A DNA stretch of 64,000 bases from Tubulanus polymorphus (taxonomy: Eukaryota; Animalia; Nemertea): the NCBI RefSeq assembly GCF_964204645.1, contig NC_134025.1, positions 28,934,299 to 28,998,298 on the forward strand, read 5' to 3'. Positions within the stretch are counted from its first letter, which is position 1. Every line of letters begins with the position of its first letter. The notes beneath the pieces are model-generated. The model did no database searches. It was not told the origin of the DNA and worked only from the letters and a program-made list of their open reading frames with translations. The position numbers and the translations under genes were made by a program. Shown piece by piece: positions 38,414 to 50,951 of this stretch.

Positions 38414-41400
38414 GCTGCAAAACCATTCTGGCCACAATTATTGTGATGTGATATAATAATATCGTATATCTATAATTTGTAGTTTAGATAAGAATATTAA
38501 TTGTTTGTGTCGGTTATCGTGTGATTGCATACGGTAGGACGTCTCATGACTTCTTAAACTTCTTTCACTAGCCGATGGATAACAAGAAACGTAAATGAAT
38601 TCTTTATTCCGTCGTCTGTGCGTTACTCAGCATTGCGTATATTCTGGACATCGGGCCACCGCAATATATCAAGTACTTCGCCAGAAACTGTTGAGTAGCC
38701 AGGTGGGACTTCACAACACGATTAACCCTTAATCATCGGTTCAAATCTAATCAAGCGACATATCTGATACGACGCTTTCTCCTCATCTTTTCTACCAATA
38801 ACACAATGTCGACGCGCGGTAGGACTGTATCCGCGCCGTTAGAAAAACTTCACGTAACTGTTTTGTCTGATGTCGAAAGTCTGTAAGTTAACATCCGTCG
38901 TTTCAGTAGCGGAGTAACAACGTATCGATTAGCGGCTCGTCATTAGACCACGTGACTTCTATGAGAAACTTATCCGCGGTAAAAAGACGACATCCGAGTC
39001 GATGTCAACGCAGTGCGTATCGCGTCGCCGCTCAGAAAAAGAGAACGTGTTTTTGGTTTGATCAGCGAGCGCATGGAGTCCCGGAGTACATCACTTTCCG
39101 ATGCGCATTCGCACACAGTAACTGCTCCTGACATAGCAGTTTAATTCCAATGATGATCACGTTTATTTATTCATATTGTGTCACGTATAGTGGTAACAGA
39201 TTGAATGCCGAATTTAAATATCATTTACGTATGAAAATTTATTATGCCTCGCTTTGTTTTTTTTCTACTACGTACACATAACTTGACTGCCCCAAAATTA
39301 CCCCGAACAGACAGTCTAAGGCAGTTTGGTATTTTGAAATTACTTCAGACAAAAACATCAAACGGGTATAATTTATGAAGCTATTTTCCAGGCTATAACA
39401 TATCCATGGTAAAAGACACGTTCAACCTAAATATTCCTTTGTAAAATCTTTTTCCATACATCAAACAAGTAAAAATCCCTATTTACTCCCAAATTCAAGT
39501 ACCTTGGTTAATGAGGGATGAAAACGAATTCATACATAAGGTTATATCGATGTCACTAGCCGAGTAGAATTTTAAAAAGTTTACGACATCTTATGAAAAA
39601 TGACTTGTCAAACACTTTTCCGCTCGAACAAGTCGTTAGGTCAGGTCGATGTAAAACCTATACTGGTGCGAACCCTTGACATGAGTAACCGGTATTCATA
39701 TCAAATCGTCTGTATTTACTGATACAAGAAATATGTCGCTAATGCCGAGACTTTACTTAATTGCCTCGCTTGGGAACAATAAGCAATACTGTTTTAATAT
39801 ATCAAGAATGTATAATCGTATCACTTATTGCAGCCACTTCGTCTCGTTTCTCTAAAAGGTTAATTCGCTTTCTCTAGAACGCTGATTAATTAATGCCTTT
39901 GTACTCGGGGAAACTTACATATTCCTCACAGCGAATTGACGTTTATGAAATGTAATATGTCTAAATCTACGAACAGATATGCGCATATTACGTATATCTA
40001 TTTTCTGCTCAAGGGAATGAATATATCTTTACATTGCTTTGGATGACTCGAAAATATATCGTCTCAATATTTATATATATATATATATACGCCCACATCG
40101 AAGAAAAGCGTCATCAAAATAAAAATCTAATCGGCTTAAAGTCTGGGTGGAGACGGTCACTGCAGTTTGGACAACTGCATGTGTCCATAAAAAACCTGCC
40201 ACTGCTGTGTAAACATTTTGCCGTTAAATCAATCACAACGATAAATGACGAGCTTCCATTTATCCAAGCTTCATTACATGTTTCATTGAGCAGTAAACGA
40301 TTTTGATTTCCAGAAACCATTAGCGAAACCATAAGATCGACTCAAACATGCAAGTTAACATGCAATTTCTGAAACAATAATACTGTTCAGCAATTGCGTG
40401 TCCTTATTGGGTTTCCAGGCATTGTACGGGGAAAGGTTGTGCACAGCGAGAAAAAGGCGTTGTCGCCATTAAGTACAAACCAGCGTCTGAAAAACGGGAG
40501 TCTTATTCATCACAAATGGTTACATACTGCGGTACAGCTAAATACCAAGATATCAATATCTGATCCAATCAAAGGATATGACCAGGTATACAAGCAAAAT
40601 GAAGTTACAAGAAGGCTATGTACATGAAGTATTCGCGTGACGTTTGAAAGCCAAATTAATCCATCTACTTACTATTGCTTGTTCGTAGTTTTCTACATCG
40701 TACCAAGAAGTAGTTCATCGCTTACAACATAATCCTACCTTCATTTGTAAATGAATATAATTGACATGAATAAAGTTGTCACCATTCCGTTGTGTTCGAT
40801 GCGCATATACGTAAGTAATTTTCAGTGTAGGCCTATAGTGTAACAGGCCTACCTTATTCAACACAGGGTCAAAACAAAATTAAATACCTGTTTTTCTATA
40901 AAATGCTTGTTACCGTTCATTAATTTCTATACGGCTAGAATAGAGCATTAATTATTGTCGTGATAATACGTGACTTTTGTTTGATTATTCTCGGTATTCT
41001 GAATGGAACGGGAAATTAACGGGATGGTTTCGTCTGCTCAGGATGTCGTATAAGGACACAAAGATTACCAGTGCCAAACACCGTTAAAAACCGCTAGAAA
41101 CAACTCGTCATAGGTAGAAATCGGTGAGCTGGACATTTTGATTTATCTTCTGAAATTTACAGACTTCAATATACCAATTATCACAGTTAAAACACGTGCA
41201 CCTCATTCAACTCATGTTTCTTTTATAGGTATTTATAAATGTCTATGAAATAACAATCAACCGCTCGAGTGTCGAGAAGTCGTCGTCCCACAAAGGTCCA
41301 CAAACTTGTCTAGAGTCCAAAAGGTTCCATTTCAAAAGAATGTTCCTCTCTTACATTGTATTTACGTAAAGTTTATAATTCCCAGACATACGCCACGTGT

Positions 41401-43623
41401 TCGTACGTTATAAAAGTACAAACGTATTGAGACTTTTTGTGTACACGTACGTTATATAAAATACTTTGTGGTTTGATGGACTGGACTTTTTTCTGAAGGC
41501 AGGTGATATATTAGGGAAAATGATTGCCTATTTGCGTGCGCGTCTTAATAAAGCAATTTCTACGGTTTAAGTAGCTGTATTAATTAATAGGCCGGGAATT
41601 TACGCCGACACGTAAGATTCGAGACATCCTTCTAGTTTGAAATTGTCTCGAGGAATAATTCCATCAAATTCAATCAAATCATCGCAAATCGAAACTGGAA
41701 GTAGATTTTTTTTCGAACTTAACTTACGTACTGTGGACAGGGTAATAAGATCAAACCCTGCTATAAACTATGTACTAATTCAAAAGATAAAAACAGAAAA
41801 AAAAATTGTTTATCAAATAGTAAAATCAAGACACGGCATCTCGGACTAAGGACCATCGTCAGGTGTATCATTGTGTCTCTTGAGTTTAAACACATTCGTT
41901 TTATATCTTTTAAAAACTCATTATGTAATTGGTTCTATTCTCCGGTGCGCGGGATTATTGTTCTATCGTTCGCGTCGATCGTCACATTTGAAATGACCAA
42001 ATCTTTGCAAGCAGCTGTGTGCGCATGTTCAACAAGTGACACGTGTATGGCGCACGAATAGTTATTAAAAATCACCACGTACCCCCATTAACAAACCACA
42101 TGTCACCGGATAAAGGCCCCGCCATCCCTCGACATCTCACTATGAATTTCAAAATTCGTTTGATTCCAATGCATGGCGGTTATAAATATGCATGGCATAT
42201 TAATGATTGTGTAATGAATACATTATTGACCAGCGCCGCCGCGGTGGCGCACGCCTGTTATAGATTAACAATTAAAAACCATACGAGAGGATCGAAAATA
42301 TCTGATAAAAATAATATTCGTGCGCAAACAGTAAAGCGATGAAATATCTATTGCGAAGGAAAAACTGAAAAAAATTTCATTCAAAATTTTCGTTATTTCA
42401 ATCGGCGCGAGATGCATAACACCGATGTGTGACGGCTGCCGTCTGTATCGAAGTTTACACGCGTTTATACTATACCAGGCGAATAAAAAAACATCGAAGC
42501 TACTGTGGTAGCGCAAATTTTAATTTGCAAAAAAAATTTCAGCTGTTATTTTGACTAATTGAGATGTACGTACCTCCTTTCTTCATCTGATTTCGCCAAA
42601 CGCTCACGGATACATCCACTGCAGTTTAGTTTTAAGAAGTGAAAGAACGCAATGCCTGTTGGTCTGACTCGGACGCATACACTGTCATAAAAACCCTGGA
42701 AGATGACTTTAATCGCCACTCTAAATAGTTAAATAACGAACTTGCTGTCATGTTGTTCAGCGCCAATCAACAGAAGCGCGTGTGTTAACGCGTGTCAAGA
42801 CAATAACACACGTTATGACCTGGATTGGCATTCATAACTATGAGGTAGCTTCATGAAAAGGACCAGGTGTGTTGTCCCAATCCTTGAAAAAGTACTCATA
42901 ATTTCTCAAGTACCCGTCGACGGTTATGTGGCCACTTTTTCTTATTCCACATTCAAAAGATGCATAATAACGAACGCGTTGCGGCATAAGAAATTATGTC
43001 AAAAATCATACATGACTGCACAGTTGGACAATCAATTCACTGTCGTTTTCATGCAACACTTCAATAATACTTTCGTAGGCGATTTAGGGAACGGTTAAAG
43101 TACAGAGTCCGGGTTCCTACACGACGCAATTAGAATGATAAAAGTACAGTAAATAAAAAAGATTGCGCGGAGACGATTTTTTGTTACCTCATATAAAAAT
43201 AACCCGATAGAACATCAATATAGCGAAATTTCCAATTTCCTATGAGACTTTTGTATATATCATTGGTATATGTGTAATCTAAATGAACTAAGGTAGAAAT
43301 CTATTCAGAAATGTAGATATATTTTCTCTTTTTGGTTCAAAATATTACCGAGTATCAAAATGTAATTTTGTGTCCTTTTCAAGAAAAGGCACCAGCTAGG
43401 AATTATGCCCGCGTACTTTATCAAGACCTAAACGCAAATACATTAGTGATTATATTCGGCAATTATTTTATCCAAATATAGATGAGTTGAACTGTATTTA
43501 TTGTCGTAATTTGGAATCATTTTGGACGCATTAACCCGCATGTCCGTTAGTTTGATATCCGGAATGCAACCAGAATTTCCCGTTTCTATTATCGGGGCAA
43601 GTATAACTGCTTAGTTCGTAGCC

Positions 43624-46600
43624 ATGTTCCGTTCGACCCGACCCCTCCTGTTCGGTCTATTGCTGATTCTTATCAAGGTAATTTGATTCTCAGGATGTGT
43701 CATTATAATCGACGAAGATAGTAGTTGTCAATGTTACATTCCAAAATCTTTGAATACTCTTCGCACAGACCGATGGCACTGCTTCCAAGGCACTGACGTA
43801 CTTCGATGACATCAATGAATTAGCCCAAGAAGAAATGACGATGGACCAGTTACTTATGAATGCCGCTGACTCGAGTAAGATAACACGATAAGTTTTGAAA
43901 AGTGTGAAAACGATTTATGATTTTACTCGTGATGTATCTGTGTTTTCAAGGTGAAGCTATGGATTTTATCGCGGATGAGAACACGGTACTGGTAGAGTTA
44001 GATATACTATATGATAAATATGAATGGGAAGAAATAGAAGAATTGTAAGTAAAATTCTTCCTGATCGTTATATGCCTTTTATACTTATATACTACCCACC
44101 GAAAATCGGTTTCTATATTCAAATCTATCCGAAATGTAATATATCTTCATCTGCAGCGGTTCGGTCAGTAAAGCAAAAAGATCGCTGACCAAACGTAAAG
44201 CTATTCACGACAAGAGATGGACGAATAAAGAAATACCGTACATCATTTCAAACGTATTTGGTAAGTTTCACTCTTCAGAAAGGTGGGTAATCTGATTTTG
44301 ATTGTCGGCATCAATTTCACTACGCAATTTGTCTTGCAGTGAAATGTGAGTTAGGGTGTAGTCGGCATTGTAAGGTTTTTAAAGCTATTTTGGAAATATC
44401 ATTAACGTGACTCCAGTAATTTAACTGCGCATACTTATATTCATTACCAATCAGTTCATATCAGTTTCATGAAGAGATTTCTTCATCATGTCTCGCGGCT
44501 TAACTCGGTGAAATTCATTTTTCTACGCTAAAATTCTATATGTTCAAGATGCCGATGATAAACGCGAAGTACACGCCGCCATGGACGAATGGTCCACAAA
44601 TACTTGCATCAAATTTCGCCCGGCATCTGGACAGGAACAACACAGGATACAGTTCACGAACGGGGCAGGGTGTAGATCATATGTCGGCATGACGTATAAA
44701 CGTGCCCAGGATGTTAACTTAGCAAAGGGATGTCGACGCGTAAGTCCGACTAAACAACGTGCGGAAGAAAATAAACGACGACCGTAGGACAATTCAACTG
44801 AATCATGTATAGCGCTGCAAACGGACAAACAATTCAAAGAAATAAACGGCGCCGTTTGCTCTATAATGGTCGAATATAAAGTTTTAGACATTAAATTCAA
44901 AAAGTTACATTTCAGAAAGGTATCATAATGCACGAGCTGGGCCACGCGGTGGGTTTCCATCACGAACAAACCAGACCGGATCGAGAACAGTTCGTCACTC
45001 TCAACGACGACAATATCGCGCCTAGTATGACATTCAATTTCAAACTGTATAATTGGGAGACGATTAAAGACTATGGCGTGCCTTATGATTATTCAAGTAT
45101 CATGCACTACGGTCAATACGTAAGTGAAGTATAATCATGATTTTTTATTACCGATGTCCCCTAAATTAACTGCTGCAGATTTGATTGTTTTGTCTATACT
45201 ATGTTTCTATAGTCATTCTCGAAAAATGGCGAATCAACAATGGACGCCGTAGACAAAAAATATCAGGAAGTGATGGGAAATAGAAAAGGGTTTAGTTTCA
45301 GAGATGTCAAAGTTGCAAATCTCATGTACGATTGCGCAGGTAGATTCACGATAAACTTTTATTTCCTGGTTCTGTATTTTATTCTATAACGAACACGCAG
45401 ACCATAAAACAATCTTCATAACTCCAGCGCACTGTCCGCAGAAGAGGTGTCCAGGAGAAGGCTTCGTCGGAAAAGATTGTAAATGTTGGTGTCCCGGATT
45501 TCCGTATGTTTTGTGCGACGACATCAAAAATAAGCGAACAACTGAAGGCGCTTATACGTACGATGACCTTCATATTCCAGAAAAACTCGGAGGTTTCAAA
45601 CCCAGCTTCAGGTCAAAAACTTGTGAGAATCTATCTTATTCACTTGACAAAGAACGTGCGATTGAATGATGTTCATTGCTTTATATTTATCTCTTGTTAG
45701 AATACGCACTCATTTTTGAAGGTTATTTTCAGCAATTTGTCACGATGCTTTGGGTGAACGTCGTTGCAAGGCTTATTCGAAACTGGGATACTGTTCAAAC
45801 GAGTCGCACAAAGATTACATGTCGGAAAAATGTACCAAATCATGCGGCAAATGTTCGACTTCTTCTACAGGTAGAAAGATAAACAAACTTACCTTTGAAG
45901 GGCTCCAGCTTTCTGTTTGGGGAAAGCCAAAATATTCACTTGCAGAAATTATCTGATCCTTGCTGGGTTATGTTTTTCAATCAAACTCTACTGAATTTCA
46001 TTTAAGGTCACATTAAATCCATATGATCCAGTTTTTATCATTAGATCATTTAGGATGTTGTGAGTCAAGTGAGAGGTTGTTCAGAACCGGTCGTATTGAA
46101 ACACAGAAATGTATTTGTAGTAGCTAACGACTTCTCCTGACTTGTTGGGTATTTCTAACATCTTTTGGAACTTCTCCAGATCCATCGTATGCGAAAATAT
46201 ATTCATTCCCATTTGCCACTCATAAAAAAAATCCAATTTCCGACTTGAAAAATTGGAGGTTCATTTGCGCGTGAAACATTTGTCCATAAACACAGTATTT
46301 ATTAATGGAATTATTTTCGATTGTTTTTTTCTGACACATCATAATCTACAAAAAGTTCTTTATAAATTTGCATAAAACTTATGGAGTAATCGTGGAGGTT
46401 TGAATGAATTGATGAAGTTTTGGTTATTTCGTAGGTAACGTAGCTGAAAAACCAGTTTGTAAAGATAAACACGGAAGCTGTAGCCAATATAAATCACTTG
46501 GATATTGTTCCGATTCTACGTATAGAAAATACATGTCTGAAAATTGCGCCAAGACCTGTGCGGTTTGTTCAAAGAGTACAACATCAAAAGAAGTAAACTC

Positions 46601-47454
46601 GGTTACTAATAAAAACGTCAACAATAACAATAATAAAAACACAGGTGAAGCGATAGCAGAGAAACAAGGTAAAGTAATTCGCGTAGTTAGTAATAAATCA
46701 ACGAATATTGTTGAAAGCTAGCTGTAGACTCAACCAGGCAACTCGACCAACACAAGATTAAGCCTACATAATTCAACGGAAATTTGTATCAAATCTTCAT
46801 TTTTTCTCCTTTTAAAGTGTGTAAAAACATGAACAAAAATTGTGAAGGTTGGGCAAAAAGTGATAAATGTAGCAGCTATTATAAAAATTATATGAAAAAA
46901 TACTGCCCGAAAGCGTGTGGATTTTGTGACGTCAACGCAAAAGAAAATAAAGGTATATACTAATTATCTATTGAATGAATTCTGAAGGAATTTACATCAC
47001 TAATCGAAGGCACCTGGCTACTTTTCACTGTAGGTAAAGCTAAAGAGAGATGCGCTGATCGAAATATGAATTGTGCTTCATGGGCAGGCCGCGGAGAATG
47101 CCGTCGGAATCCAGCGTTCATGAATTATTATTGTAAACAGGCGTGTGGCGAATGCAGCTTGACAAATTCTGAATTAGCCCAGGCTAATACAGGCAAAAAG
47201 ATTCGCCATTCAGGAGGTACATTTCAGTTTCACCCCGGACCCACACTCGGTAGTACTTTTCATGACCCCTCAATGTTGATGTGTATGATTGCTTTTTTAT
47301 TAATAGAATCTTAAGTTCAAATTACTTTTTATTAGGTGCCGTTGAATGTGTTGATAAAGACAAGTATTGTGATGGCTGGGCACGACGCGGCGAATGCTCC
47401 AAGAATCCCAGTTATATGCATATGAATTGTAGAAAGTCTTGTAAAAAATGTTGA
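43624..47454 (+). CDS. Secreted astacin-family (M12A) zinc metalloprotease with Cys-rich linker and five C-terminal ShK domains, about 14 exons
   Basis: Signal MFRSTRPLLFGLLLILIK; propeptide with ELDIL and basic sites KAKR/TKRK; GCRSYVG; zinc motif HELGHAVGFHHEQTRPDR; Met-turn SIMHYG. Five 6-Cys ShK repeats ending CxxxCxxC in exons at ~45733, 46435, 46818, 47034 and 47336. Confidence 0.95.
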
Positions 47455-47647
47455 AATAAATGAATGAATTAGTATTCCTATTACGCTTTCCATTAGGTTG
47501 ATTGGTGTGATGGTAAAAAAATTCTTTGAAAATACATACAAGTACAATCTATGTAGTCTATCAAAATGAACCACGAAAATGCCCTAGGAAAAAATATTCA
47601 ATGTTCGAACGCTGGCAATGATTGTTACATTCGCTACTTAGTACAAT

Positions 47648-47662
47648 CCACCAGGCGGCGGT
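47648..47662 (+). promoter_or_regulatory. CTCF-like motif in the 325-bp gap between astacin and B3GAT
   Basis: CCACCAGGCGGCGGT resembles the CCASYAGRKGGCRS core; it is a GC-rich island in an AT-rich spacer. Confidence 0.4.
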
Positions 47663-47779
47663 AAACTACGTGTGGAGCCACATGAACTGTCAAACCGGGC
47701 GAAAAATTAATTGATTAACGTGCTTAATTAGTGACATATGAGTTGATGTCATCGTAACAGATGTTGTCATATATACAGT

Positions 47780-49590
47780 ATGGCCTTCATTCGCCCCAGT
47801 ACAATACTGAGATTATATTTTGTTTTCGTTTCTGTTGCTCTATTGTGGATGTTCTTTTCGTACGGTGAGTTTGAGTAGCAACAAAAATCATCTGAGTCGT
47901 CACAAGTCGAGAGAGAGAGAGAGAGGCCTCAATTCTACATGGGTTTATTCTGTTTTGTTTTATTTTATTGTCCATACGATTATCTATTGCAGGAGTCTGG
48001 TGTCCTGAGATGCCCCGCAAGTCGAGAACTGATACATCAAAATTGACAATGGCACAAAGAGAAAATATGTTATTAGAAAAGGAAGCCGCTCTGAGTCGTA
48101 TGGCGGATAATTTATACAAATTAGAAAGACAACTACAACAGCAATATCCATTACAGTTTGCTCAGGCTAAGAGTCTGTCTCTTATAGATATGCCTCTGTT
48201 ATATATAATAACTCCTACGCACACTAGACCTGAACAGAAAGCTGAGCTCACCAGACTATCGCAAACATTGCTTCATGTACCTCGATTACACTGGATAGTC
48301 GTAGAGGATAACGATAAAAAAACAAAACTAGTCGAAAACTTTGTAGCAAATTGTGGACTGACGTTCACTCATTTAGCGGTGAAAACACCACCTGATTTTA
48401 AGATGAAAACGACCGATCCGAATTGGTTGAAACCGCGAGGCGTTTTACAGAGAAATCTAGCGTTGAAATGGGTGCGAAATACGCTGAAATTTTCTCATGA
48501 ATCGAGTGTGTTGTATTTCGCCGATGATGACAACACGTACGATTTGAGAATCTTTAAAGAGGTCAGTTTTACGAATCACTGATTAGACTCTGCAATCATT
48601 GGGCAACTACAGTTATTAATGCATTCATTTGATTTCAGATGAGATCTACATCTAAAGTGTCTGTGTGGCCTGTAGGAATAGTTGGGGGTTTGTTGTTCGA
48701 GAGACCTTTAGTAGAAGATGGCAAGGTAAATATAGCCAAAAACAGCATTTAGTCATCATATTGCTGGGAACATCATTATATTGATGATAGTGAAATGAAT
48801 TGGAAATACAAATGCGAACTCAAAAAGAGAGACGATTTGTGCTATGCGACAAATTGTTGACGCTTAAACTGAAATGCTATGAGCCACTTTCAAAATCTGT
48901 TTTGAAAATGGCTCATAGCATTTCAGTCGAAAATGTCCAAATCGTCTATTAGTTTACTTTATATCGTGGGTTTTTCATCAATTGAATTAGACAGTCCTCT
49001 TATTACCGAGATGACGTAATTTACTGAGATGACATGAAATATAACATATTTATTTATTCCTTATCGATTTTAACACTTGAAATCATATTATATCAGTAAT
49101 ATCATCTCGGTAATAAGGAGGACGCGAATTAGACTGTCACTTGTCCAGGGAAGCCATCTATTCAATCATTCATTACCCGATTGTTTTATGATTAAAGGTT
49201 GTAGCCTGGTATACTTACTGGAAACCTCAACGACCGTTCGCTATGGATATGGCCGGATTTGCTGTTAATACTAAACTGTTGATGAAATATCCGCATGCCG
49301 AATTCTCATTGAAAGTTCCTCGTGGATATCAAGAGTCCGTATTATTGAAACAACTCGTTAGATTAGAGGAATTAGAACCTAAAGCCGATAATTGTTCGAA
49401 GGTAAAATCAACGGATATTAATGTGATAAGTAATCGGTGAAGAAAAGATAATGAATTTTTCTTATTTTATGCACTTTATGTCTTTCAGATATTAGTTTGG
49501 CATACACGAACTGAAAAACCAAGTTTGAAAAATGAATTGCGTTTAAAACAGAAGGGTCGTCCTGTTTCTGATCCTAATATAGAGGTGTGA
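47780..49590 (+). CDS. Galactosylgalactosylxylosylprotein 3-beta-glucuronosyltransferase (GT43; GlcAT-I/B3GAT3-like), 5 coding exons
   Basis: Type II anchor [28 protein letters not shown]; [76 protein letters not shown]...IEV-stop. Exons ~47780-47864, 47993-48561, 48639-48725, 49198-49401, 49489-49590. Confidence 0.95.
48830..49138. repeat. Two adjacent foldback (inverted-repeat) elements in B3GAT intron 3
   Basis: actgaaatgctatgagccactttcaaaa / ttttgaaaatggctcatagcatttcagt (48868-48927) inside agacgatttg...caaatcgtct; and gtcctcttattaccgagatga / tcatctcggtaataaggaggac (~48994-49122). Confidence 0.8.
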
Positions 49591-49903
49591 TAGTAGTGCT
49601 AGTTTTATGCGAAATGTGGTTGAAATTTGGACTCGGTCGTCAATCAGTTAAATACCGCTTCTAGTCAAACATAGACAATGCTGCTTTTTATTTCAAACGT
49701 TGCAGAGTTTATACTTAATCATTTTACTTACTGATATTAATACTAAGAGATCTTTAAAAGAACTGCCATTAAATAATTCTTTAATTTAATTGACAAGTAA
49801 TTCATCAAAAATAGTTCAGTGATCAATGTTTGTTTTTTCATGGTCACTGTATTTTCTAAATGTTACGTTATTTGCGTAAACTCGTTCGTTATACTGGTGT
49901 ATA

Positions 49904-50073
49904 CAGTAAAAGTCCTTAATAATGCCACTGTAGACCCATGAAGAAATGGCGTTATAAAGAATAATATTTTCATTGAATTTGAGTTATATTGAGCAAATTT
50001 GTTCTCTGAAAAATGTTGGTGTGAAGTTAGCAGTGGCATTAAAAAAGGATGGCGTTATAACGAACTTTGACAG
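49904..50073. mobile_element. Degenerate Tc1/mariner-pogo-type MITE with TA flanks
   Basis: ta|cagtaaaagtccttaataatgcca ... tggcgttataacgaactttgacag|ta. Similar cgttataac motifs occur in the first 125 bp of the window. Confidence 0.55.
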
Positions 50074-50137
50074 TACATGTTATAATAAGTTCTTGTAATA
50101 TGTAATCTGAAACGTCAATGCCGTTGTTATTGTTACT

Positions 50138-50553
50138 TACGGAAGCGATAAGGGGCCTCGAGATGTCGCGTTCCAACTCGACAAGTCGTCATATTTATGT
50201 CGACATACCGCGATATATCGCGTCAAGTCGACATGAATATGTCGACATATCGTGACGTTTTCACGACAAATTTCGCTTTTTCGCCCATTTTCCACGGGAC
50301 AAACCGTCATTTGAAGACATGTCTAAATGTAAGGTGAGGACACCAGTAATATGACGACTGAGTTTCAAGTCGTCGTGAATATGTCGACTTGTCGCGAGGA
50401 AAGTGGTCGAGAAAGCGAAATTTGTCGTGAGAACGTCACGATATGACGACATATTCATGTCGACTTGACGCGATATATCGCGATATGTCGACATAAATAT
50501 GGCGACTTGACGAGTTGGAACGCGACAACTCGAGGCCCCTTATCGCTTCCGTA
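50138..50553. mobile_element. Intact non-autonomous DNA transposon, ~165-bp TIRs, 6-bp TSD (IS3EU-like termini)
   Basis: gttact|TACGGAAGCGATAAGGGGCCTCGAG ... CTCGAGGCCCCTTATCGCTTCCGTA|gttact; long arms that are highly complementary. Confidence 0.9.
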
Positions 50554-50951
50554 GTTACTAGATGTATATTTCTGTGTGTTGTAATTTGATATTGAATAGT
50601 GTAGTATTTGATGGTCAGAACTAATTAAACTTCCTCTACAACTAGTAAATCAACCATCATTAATCTTGAGCGGGGCGTGAATGTGTAATGCGTTGATGTT
50701 TTCTTATTTGTATATGTATGTATCTGATTGTGGAATCTGGAATTGTTTTTACTTCGTGAATAAATCCGGGAGAATGCGGTTATTTTATAATCAATAAATC
50801 AAAACATTCCTTAAAGAAAAAACAATTTCGATTTGATTTTCTATTTTCGAGAAGTTGACATCATCATTTTCGACAGCAATTTTATTTCGTATTTCCATTT
50901 AAAACGTAGAGCGGATATTTGAATTATTATTGAATCGGGGCTGACTTGAGA

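Noticed and set aside
38414-43623. Short ORFs in the 5-kb divergent intergenic region between the RTK and astacin
   Set aside because: No domain motifs or consistent splice chains; treated as regulatory or UTR sequence.
50261-50494. 77-aa ORF with repeated SRH/STYRD motifs; repeats as a possible CRISPR array
   Set aside because: It lies inside the foldback transposon; the repeats are inverted sub-repeats without unique spacers, and the context is eukaryotic.
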